A DNA stretch of 63,839 nucleotides, filler included, from Craspedostauros australis (taxonomy: Eukaryota): NCBI GenBank assembly GCA_030167865.1. It is 8 parts of 8 records of this genome, joined end to end, with 100 filler letters (N's around TTAATTAATTAA, not from the genome) between each part and the next. Parts side by side here need not be neighbours in the genome. Positions count along the whole stretch, not along the records: positions 1 to 16,087 come from JALAGF010005682.1; positions 16,188 to 42,195 come from JALAGF010005684.1; 6 more parts are not named here. One strand, given 5' to 3'. A model generated the notes under the pieces. It ran no database searches. It saw nothing but the letters and a program-made list of their open reading frames with translations, and was not told where the DNA came from. The first letter of the stretch is position 1. Each line of letters opens with the position of its first letter. A program made the position numbers and the translations under genes. Below, in pieces: positions 11,591 to 21,500 of this stretch.

Positions 11591-13491
11591 GCATGCTGCT
11601 CCATGCAGTCCCGTATCGTTCACAGCGCGGTCTGGCTGGGCCGCGAGATACGCATGATCTTCTGTGAATGAATTGCAGATGATCCCGGTTGGCGTACGGC
11701 ACGCTGCTGTGCATCATCATTTGCCAATGCGACATGACGAAGATGGTCCAGCCACCGCTGTCATCGTCGTGGTCGTCATTGCCGATCATATGGTTTCCGC
11801 ATTTGTTTGTTTCGTTGGTGTGGAAGGAGGTGNNNNNNNNNNNNNNNNNNNNNNNNNNNNNNNNNNNNNNNNNNNNNNNNNNTCATTAGGATAGAATCTG
11901 TGTGAAAGGAGGTGGAGCAATTCGTAATCCATTCATTCAATGGTGCGTCCGGCATGCCTTCACCGTTGCCTTTGGTGATGCGCACCGCATGCTGCTCCAT
12001 GCAGTCCCGTATCGTTCACAGCGCGGTCTGGCTGGGCCGCGAGATACGCATNATCTTCTGNGAATGAATTGCAGATGATCCNGGTTGGCGTANGGCACGC
12101 TGCTGTGCATCATCATTTGCCAATGCGACATGANGAAGATGNTNCAGCCACCGCTGTCATCGTCGTGGTCGTCATTGCCGATCATATGGTTTCCGCATTT
12201 GTTTGTTTCGTTGGTGTGGAAGGAGGTGCGTGGGAAACGATGGCAGACCCCGCTGGCGTCATGCATGGCTTGTAGAACTTGAATCCAACGTGACGGAGCG
12301 GGATGTACTACGGCTGTCAGCTTGTTGGTGGTGGTGGTACTGCAGTTCGTGCATGATGTCGCGCAGGGCACAAGCGCATGCCAACAGCTGCATGGTTTTC
12401 GATATGGCGGACAAAGATGACGAGCCATGGGAGAAGTTGCCGATGTCATTGCACACGATTTCAGTAATGGTGGATCCAAGGAGACAGTGCCTCTGTCTCA
12501 TCGTTCGCGGTTTGTGGCGGAGATGCATCTCTTTGAGCATCGGTATGAACAGGCGTGGCTGGTTGTGGTTCGTGTTGTGGAAACTGAGGAACATTTCCAA
12601 ACTGATGGCTCTGCAGGTCTCGGGAAAGTCGCTGCGTTTGATCTCACGGATGCACCCGTCCACCATGTGCTGAATCTCCGTTTCAGACAACGCATCGTAC
12701 GTTTCTGTGCGTGCGCGCGGCTGCTGATGACTTGAATCCAGACCGCANNNNNNNNNNNNNNNNNNNNNNNNNNNNNNNNNNNNNNNNNNNNNNNNNNGAG
12801 CCATGGGAGAAGTTGCCGATGTCATTGCACACGATTTCAGTAATGGTGGATCCAAGGAGACAGTGCCTCTGTCTCATCGTTCGCGGTTTGTGGCGGAGAT
12901 GCATCTCTTTGAGCATCGGTATGAACAGGCGTGGCTGGTTGTGGTTCGTGTTGTGGAAACTGAGGAACATTTCCAAACTGATGGCTCTGCAGGTCTCGGG
13001 AAAGTCGCTGCGTTTGATCTCACGGATGCACCCGTCCACCATGTGCTGAATCTCCGTTTCAGACAACGCATCGTACGTTTCTGTGCGTGCGCGCGGCTGC
13101 TGATGACTTGAATCCAGACCGCACCATGGGCCATGACATGTCTTGCCATTACTGTTGGTTCTACTGTTGGCGCTGCCATTGCCCATGTCCCAAGATATTC
13201 TCTACTCCGGAGCAGTTTGTGTGATATCTTCCTTTCTGATGTTTCTGAGCGATGCGGCACGTTGGAGATCGCTGTTCGTCGCCGCTTGCCATTCATCATC
13301 TGTATCAGCGTCATCATCATCATCATCATCATCGTCTCTTGCCATGGCCGCCTTCGTTGATTCTGGTTGGCATGCCATATTTGCGCAGCCGCTGCTTGCT
13401 TGATTACTTCATTGCTTCATTGCTTTGCTGCTTGACGGACAACGTCTCAGTGTTGGCTGATACCTCCATCAATGCAAACATAGTCATACCA
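11591..13491 (-). pseudogene. Degraded gene of unknown family, copy 2 (with assembly-overlap duplicates)
   Basis: Homologous to 2580-3830; ORF pieces 12259-12855 and 12683-13186. Confidence 0.5.
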
Positions 13492-13717
13492 CTTCATCTC
13501 TCTTGCTCTCTCTCTCTCTCTCTGTGTTGATGTTGTTTGATGGGCCATCGTGCGAAATCGAAGATTCGTTGGTTTGGGTGACATCGAGAATTGTTGGCGC
13601 GTTTGTTGAGTACTCGTCTGTCTGTCATCCGTTGTTCATTCAACCAATGACGCACACAAACACTCACAACGAACATCACCAATGTGTTGTCTTCGCGCAA
13701 TGCAACTCTGTTCGACG

Positions 13718-16087
13718 ATGGTGATGGCGATGGCGACCCCTCCAATGAAGCCGCATCCCTTCACAATTGGTACCACCACCAACAACACAAGCACAAACAA
13801 TCAGACAATCAGACAAGATGATGAGACATCGACATCCAAGAGGAACTGTGGGAAGGCTTGCCAGTTGCTCCGCATCTTGACCCACCCGTTGTACAACTAT
13901 GAGTATGGGACCTCCCATGAGTATGATCTACTCTGGGAGTTGTCACAGCCAAGCGTCGAGCCTGATAGATACTCTGTTCGAACCTTCGTCCAGCCCGTGC
14001 GGTCATGTGATCATGACGATCGAAGTTGCTGGAAGAGGACGGTGTCAGACTGATAGCAGAGAAGCAAACGGAGACCAAACAACCGCAACAGACCGACACG
14101 AAATCGAAGGTGAGCAAGCCCACAAGCGTCGCCAAAGAGGCCAAAGCAGCTGCAAAATCAGGTGGTCGTGCCAGTGTCAGCACAGATACACCAAGCAGCG
14201 CCAACAGAAGTGCAGCCAAAGATGCGAAAGCTTCGGCTGTGAAACGATCACATGCAAAGAGTCTGGAGATGCTCGACATGCAAGCTCATGAGATGTCATT
14301 CAGCTCCTTTGATCCCAACAAGTTCAACAACAACGAATCGATGCCGGCGCCAATCACCCCAGGTGGACTCAGCTTCGCCACAGCCCCAGCACTCGGCGCA
14401 ACCCGCGAATGGAGCAGCCAAGACCAGACGAAGCTTGCGCAGAGTCGGAGACGCAGGCCAAGGACACAAACGAATTCCAACGGAACGACCAGCAGCGCCA
14501 AATCGAGGAGCAAGAGTTTGGAATTCTCGAAGGACGGACACCACATGCCAGGCACAATAGGCGCGATAAGTGCAGCCAGCACCCCGGCTCTATCCCGGGT
14601 TGCGACAACGAAGAAGTCACGCAGCAAGAGCCTGGAGTGACTGTTCAATCTGCCAAGTCTCTACGACGACGACGATGGCAGCGTCGACGTTGCGACAAGT
14701 GTTGCTGCAACGAACGGTGGGAGAAGCTCTGTGGCCCCTGTCACGCCTGGAGGTCGGAGCGCGGCATCTACACCAGCCCCGTTCAGCCACATACATGAAG
14801 AGAGACAACAGTCTTGGTCGTTGAACAAGCGCAGGTCGACGTTGGCAAGCATCCTCAAGATCAAACCATCATCATGACATGAAGTGTCGTCGACCAATCC
14901 TCCCAAATCGAAGCAACGACCATCTCTCGAATCCCGACCATCGCAATTGGCCGATCTTTCCTTGACTAAATCATCCGCAAAGGCGCCATCATCGTCATCA
15001 TCGCCATCATCATCGCTGTCATCATCACAGTCCAAATCCAAACTCAATCTTCAACAGTTCGAACGCGAACACGAACACAGAGGTGTCTCGGCCACAACCC
15101 CAAGCCCCATCCAGTCCTGGAGCCTTGAGTTTGGGAATCGAATTGCAATCAAGCAAGAAGGACCGGGCGTCCCCTTCCCGCAACAGATCTGCATGCAGTT
15201 CGTTGCGCCCAAGCGAAGACTCAAAGCAACGACATTCACGCGGACGAAGCACGGGTGGTCTGCGCGACGCGATCAAGGAAAGGATCTCCAAGGTGCTTGG
15301 CAATGGGTCCCGACGTCACCATTCCAGCAAAACAAGAGGTGTGTCATCACCATTGATATTACCATCGAGATCACCGTCGCCACGGCATTGGCGGAGAAGC
15401 GCATAGCACACCAGTGGCAAGCTGCATTCAACATCATTGTGCCATCGTCGTGACGGAGCAATTCACACTTCCTCCTCTGGAAGAAGCCGCTGCTCGTCAT
15501 CGGCGCGGAGTCGTCGAAGTCCGTCCGATCGCGGCCGCAGAAGACTGCGCAAGTATCGATGGACTCATCGCCATCATCGCGACGCCAACGAGCATCTGGC
15601 AGTTCGGATGATGTGAACGCAGCCTCGCGTTCACGCGAAACCAACTCAAATGCGCACTCCACCGGTACTGGTTTGCAACGGCACAAGGGCTCACGTTCCC
15701 GAAAGCATGACCGAGGAAGTTCGCAAAGGCCAAATCAACGTGGCCATGGCCAATCGACACCACGTGGCGAAGATCGGCGAAGGAAGTTCTCCCATGAACG
15801 ATCATCATCGGCGCGACAACGAAACAGATCAAGAGGATATCGAAATTACAGCGTCGAACGGCATAGCAATGAGAGAGATGAGAATGGACGGCATGGCAAA
15901 CAACAACATGGCAACAAACGTTCGTCATAACACGAGGCCCTTCAATCAAATCGTTGTGGACGAAGCAGATCGTCAACTCGCGATGCTGTCTACCATGAGA
16001 AGCTGTCTGGCACAAAGCCACTGCAACTCACATAATAGAAAGTGGTCAGGAGAAAGAGCGCGTCTCAGTGCCACCATCCCTTGATGA
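13718..16087 (+). pseudogene. Degraded Ser/Arg-rich protein gene, copy 2
   Basis: Homologous to 4067-6480, with different stop and frameshift lesions. Confidence 0.5.
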
Positions 16088-16187
16088 NNNNNNNNNNNNN
16101 NNNNNNNNNNNNNNNNNNNNNNNNNNNNNNNTTAATTAATTAANNNNNNNNNNNNNNNNNNNNNNNNNNNNNNNNNNNNNNNNNNNN
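16088..16187. other. Artificial scaffold spacer
   Basis: 44N-TTAATTAATTAA-44N. Confidence 0.97.
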
Positions 16188-17444
16188 CTACAAAGTGCCA
16201 AAGATGTACTTCACAGCAGAGTGCATCTACGGAGTCTATGGTTATGACAAAGGGTTTTCTACAAGCCTTGCAGCAGCTAAGAATTATTTCCAAGATCTCG
16301 CTCGGAAGGTCACCGACGATGCAGGCGAGCTCGTCGTCAGCTGTCAGTTCAGCCTCCCAAGGAAGATTGACAGTCTCTTCCGCAACGTCAAGACCAAGGA
16401 CCTCGAGGAGCCCAACTTCGAGATAGTTGAGAACTATCTCGGCACCACCACGCTGGTGACATTCTGCTTTTTCCAAGAGAGCTTCAATCAGCAGCAATTC
16501 GGGACGGCTGGTCGTCGTGGCGTCCGCGGCTTGGATGGGATGGTGTACTCCTTCAATCCCACCATGCCTTTGCCTGCAGCCCCAACTGCACAAGGATTCG
16601 GGCCCCACCCCTTTGGCCATCCTGCTCCAACCCAACCAGGCGGCGCCAACGGCAACCATCATCCTGCTCCGTTCGGATCTCCGATTCCAAATCCTGGTGG
16701 CGGGTTTGCCAGCCCTGCAGCAGCCACCCAGAANNNNNNNNNNNNNNNNNNNNNNNNNNNNNNNNNNNNNNNNNNNNNNNNNNTCATCCTGCTCCGTTCG
16801 GATCTCCGATTCCAAATCCTGGTGGCGGGTTTGCCAGCCCTGCAGCAGCCACCCAGAATGCTGCCCAAACTGCTGCGCAGACTGCTGCGATCCGCCAGCA
16901 GATGGAGCGCGAGGCCGCAGCCCAAGTTGCTCGAGCGCAAGAGCTAGCTCGCAAGGAACGGGCGGAATGCGAGGCTCTCTTGCGCGCAGCAAAAGAGCGC
17001 TCCCAGCTTGATGCTCAGGCCAAGGCCCGAATTGAGCATGAAGCTCGGGCCCAGTTCGAGGCCATGCGCAACGAAGCTNNNNNNNNNNNNNNNNNNNNNN
17101 NNNNNNNNNTGGCTGAGCTTGAGGCGCAGCTCCTTCAAGCTCACACCAACGCATCCCTGGCTTCCCACAATCCCAGCGGGTTGCCTGGTGGTGGCGTTCC
17201 CGACCCAGTCTGGAGCTCTTCTCAATCCAGCAGTGCTGGAAGCTCCATCCCCACTGTCGAGATGGAGATGACACCTCTGACTGGCTCTGTGCGCCCCCGC
17301 AACGGTGAGGACGCCCCGCGTCGTGATGATGTGCTCCGCCTGAAAGTGGATGAGGTATCAGGCAGAGCTGCAGCAGGAATGCCTGATGGAGTGAATGGCA
17401 GTGTTGTGTCTGCCGATGCAACAGGGCACACTGTGAACGCCTAA
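16188..17444 (+). CDS. Hypothetical protein, 5'-partial (globular N-part, Pro/Gly linker, Ala/Glu coiled coil)
   Basis: ORFs 16195 and 16902-17444 join once the duplicated gap flank (~16660-16733 = ~16784-16857) is removed; no family recognised. Confidence 0.55.
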
Positions 17445-18512
17445 GTGCAGCGNNNNNNNNNNNNNNNNNNNNNNNNNNNNNNNNNNNCAACAACAACAAC
17501 AAAATCACCGCATCAGCGTGAATGCGTCAACACCAGAAACATCACACGAGAAGCAGCAAAGCACACAGAAATCACAGACAGAGAGCACTACTCCCCAGAG
17601 TAGATCACACAGAATCACGACAACAGTACGAACAAAACCAAAACAAACACCAAAAAACAACGAAAACAACAGAAACAGAAACACAAAGGAGAGCACTAAC
17701 TAAGTACTCAATAGTAGTAGGAACAAACAAAGTACCATGATGGGTGCAAATCACATATTTATGTCTAATCAAGTACTTAGTCTTGCCAATTCCGACATAA
17801 AAAGTAAGCTTTTCTCCTTTTCCGACAACTCCCGGGGTTCTTTTGCCGTTGTTCGCGAACACCCGCATCCCCATTTCTCACAGGTTTGTCTTTGTTTTCG
17901 GTGCTTCCATTCGTGTCAATCAAAACCAGCTCTTCGCTGGCAGCAAGTTTTCGGACACTCTTCGAACATCTTCCGGAAATCCCCAACAATCGGTGTCTGC
18001 CGCTCAGCATGAAATGTTGTGTACTTGGAATGATTCTTTTGCGGAGAACCGTTGTCGTGCCTCGAATTCAATCGACAAGATGACTCGTTTGACCATGAGT
18101 TCGCTTTCATCTCGTGATTCAATCATGCATGATTCAACCTAGGTAAATTCTAGCTAGAAACTGAAGAGCAGAGAACGGACAGAACACGAGATGGAATGCG
18201 CATACCCTGAATGTAACAAGCCAACTCTTGACTCCATTCACACCAGGAGAAGTACCAAGGCAAGTATTATATGTATATGCACACCATGCAGGCTCACAGT
18301 GGACAGAGTAGCCTCCCATAACTTCTCTATTATTAACTTGAGTAGTACGGAATGGGAGCGATTCATCAAATCAGTTGTTTGGAGTAATTCATAGGTACTC
18401 TGACTCACTCGCTCTCTCTCTTTCTCTCTGTCGGTCTGTGGGTAGAGATTCACTGAGGATTCCCCCTTTTGATTCGAACCAAATCTCACACCCGTCCCAC
18501 CACATTTACGAG

Positions 18513-21500
18513 CTACCTACTTGTACGGTTGGACCAGTTGGGATCCCTGACGACCTCCACCATGATGTCAATCTCCTGCTTCAGACGGAAGAGCACCATG
18601 CGGAGCGTCTTCAGCTCGTCCGATCCAACGCGCGAGCCGTTCAATGACACGACCGTGTCTCCCACCTGAAGTTTCATTGGATCCATCGTCATGGGCCGGG
18701 CCTCCGTGGAAGACACAGTCGACGCATCCGGAACGGCACCAGCTTGGACCGACGAGGAGGCCGTCACACCCCCACTGGTTTCCTCCTTGTCATCCGACTC
18801 TCGAACAGGACCCACGGATGCCACCAGCAGGCGGCTCGACGCGGTCTTGCGACGTCGATCCTGGATCACTTGCAACGTCAGATTCCACAGATCTTCGCGC
18901 GACGGGCGTTCCAACCGGACCATCAGCTTGCTGCCCGGGATGTCGCTGGCCAACGGCAGGTCCAGCACCTGAAGTCCTGAACCGTCGTGGCCGTGGTAGC
19001 TCTCATCTGAGTCGGACACCAGGTCGATCACCCCATCTTCATCCTCCGAGCTTTCGTAGTCAGATTCCTTCGCACCTCCGATGTCATCGTTGGCCGCCTT
19101 GCTCTCGAATCGAATGTTTGGCCGCGCAGTGCTCGTAACGAAGTCGGCTGTGGCTGCATCGTCCTGCGCGGTGTCGGGGCCGCCGCCCTCAGCGTCATCA
19201 TTGCCCCCGCCCCCGCCGTCGCCATTGCTGCCATTCCCGTTGATGACGGTGGCACCGAACCGCGCAAAGAGGTTGTGCTTGAATGGGGACGGTGTTGCTG
19301 CCGCCGCCGCTGCGACGGGAGCTGGTTCGCTTCCGCTCTTTGGCTGAGGGGATCTGGATGCTGATCGTGTGGAGTACGCAGGCGAGCTTCGGGTTGCCAT
19401 CCTGGTCGGCGTGGTCTTGCCGCTGCCGCTGCCGTTGGGCGTCGCGGATGCGTCACGAGGCGGTGTCGATGGTGCCTCGGCCTTGGCCTTGGGCGACGAG
19501 CTTGCGGATCTCGCGGTCGCAAGAGCATTCCGATTCTTCGGACTGCCACTGCTACTGCCACTGCCACCGCTGCTTTTCTGGTGATGAGTCTTGGATTTGG
19601 AGAATCGATGTGTGATGCACCGGAAATGGCGCTTGCCATTCCTCCCAAACTTCCAGCCCGACTCCATGGCGCACGAGATGTGGTAGAACAAGTAACAATC
19701 GTCCTCCATGCACTTCACAGTGGCACCGGTCTTGCGGCATTCGTTGCACCGTTTCGCTTGGCGAATGGCAGCGAAGATGTTTTGGTACTCCATGCCCATC
19801 CGCGAGGATTCCAGCGGCTTGGTCTCCACAATGTTCGTGTACTTCGCACACAAATTGTGAGCGCAAACCTGCTGCTGCCTCGCGGAGGATAGCGAGAATG
19901 CGAGCAGCTGACCAAGTCCATGATCACGGTCGGTCCCTTCGGGGGCCTTGCAGAATCCGCAGATCATCTCGGAGGCAGGATTGTGCGCCAAGAAGAATGG
20001 CATGGAGACGCGATCGCACGCACCCTTCGACACCTCGTCGTTCGTCGTTTGACGGTGAAGGTCGCACAGGAACACCTTGCCATCCCGATCGAACCTCCAG
20101 CCGGTGTCTTCGGCGCAGCCAAAGTGATGGATGCGGTAACAACCCTCGGCTGTGCAACCGATGGTGGCGCCTGTCACGCCGCAGATGTAACACTCCAGCT
20201 GTCGTCCGCGGGTCACGGCACGGAGAACGTTCTTCCACTTCCCGTCGATGACTTCCACCTCAGGCGAGTATTCCGCGCAGTTGCTGTGCGCAAGTGTCTG
20301 CCTCGCACCGCGTTGGAATGCGAGTAAGGCTCCCTCTCGGATTTGGCTGCCTTCCTTGTGGCACAGCCGACACGTGAGCTGTTCGTGTCGATTCTCGTAT
20401 CGGTACACCACCATCGGGATGTTCTTGTCGAGGCTGGCGTCTTCCCTTTGGCCGGACTTCATGGCCGACACGATCTCCTTCGCTGCGCGCAGTCCCGAAA
20501 TCATCGCCCCATGCGCCATGCTGGGGTGGAGCACCGACGTGTGCTCGCCAGCAAAGAACAATCTCATCGTGCCTGATCTCTCCGACGTGAGCGGGTCGTT
20601 TTCGGCGTTGATGGGTGATTTCAGAAGATGGAAGTCTTGATCTGTCGCACCGGGCGGCAGGTATGTGTAGCAACCTCTGGAGAACTTGTCATGGCCCCAC
20701 CGTGTGATGCGATGTGCGATGGGTTCGGGGACCTCCATCTTGGAGAAAATCTCTCGCAGGGTCGACATGACTTGCGCCACCATGTCTGCATCAGTCAGCC
20801 GTTCGCAGGCGACCGCCTCCTTGCCGGAGATCAGGGTCATCAAGATGGCGGGGCGGCTGTCCTTCGTGCCGAGGATCTTGCCCATGTCGAAGAACATGTA
20901 CTGGTGAGGGTTGACGCCGGTGGAGTTTCCAAACACGCTCTTCACCGGATCGTCGCCCAGAACATCCAGCTCCCTCCAAAACGGCTTCGCGAACTGCACG
21001 TACACCTTGTTTAACAGACCGAACCCCACATTCTGGATCGCATCGCGTTTCGGGAACGGCAGGTTGGGAGAAAATGTGACCTTCTCCGTGGTGTGGACGT
21101 CGTACGCCTTCGCCACGGAATCCTTCAGCACACCCAGTGGCAGAGCGCTGACAAGGAAGTCGAAGTACATCGTTTGGGTGCCGTCCTGCCTCGACACGCT
21201 ACACGTATCGGAGAGCTCCACCAGTCTGCGTATCCTCCCAGACATTCGGTCGCGTTCTGAATGCGGCTCGGTGGACGACTTGCGGGCGTACTCCACCCTA
21301 CCGATGGGGTAGTTGAGATGGCACTGGAATCGATCTGGCCCCGTCTTCTCCAATTCCTTTCTGATGTGCTCAACGACGCTGGAGTAACCTTGGGGGAGGA
21401 GGACGTGGTCACCCTCGAAGGCATGCCGTTCGTCGGAGTCCCAGTGCCTCATGGAAAGATCAACGATGTTGGCTCCAAGTGCGTACTCGATGTTCTTCGT

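Larger units (their letters stand above)
8120..16087. repeat. Segmental duplication, cassette copy 2 (gapped, may collapse further copies)
   Basis: Same gene order and orientation as 465-6484; internal N gaps. Confidence 0.9.

Noticed and set aside
11591..13122. Local tandem duplications (11591-11832 vs ~11987-12230; ~12422-12747 vs 12798-13122)
   Set aside because: Essentially identical sequence on both sides of N gaps indicates unmerged contig overlaps.
16132..16143. TTAATTAATTAA as a regulatory site or piggyBac-type target
   Set aside because: Always centred in 44N+44N, so it is an artificial all-frame-stop linker.
16132..17508. 458-aa minus-strand ORF and other ORFs crossing N runs
   Set aside because: Their length is inflated by gaps and the frame across gaps is unknown; the plus strand looks more protein-like.
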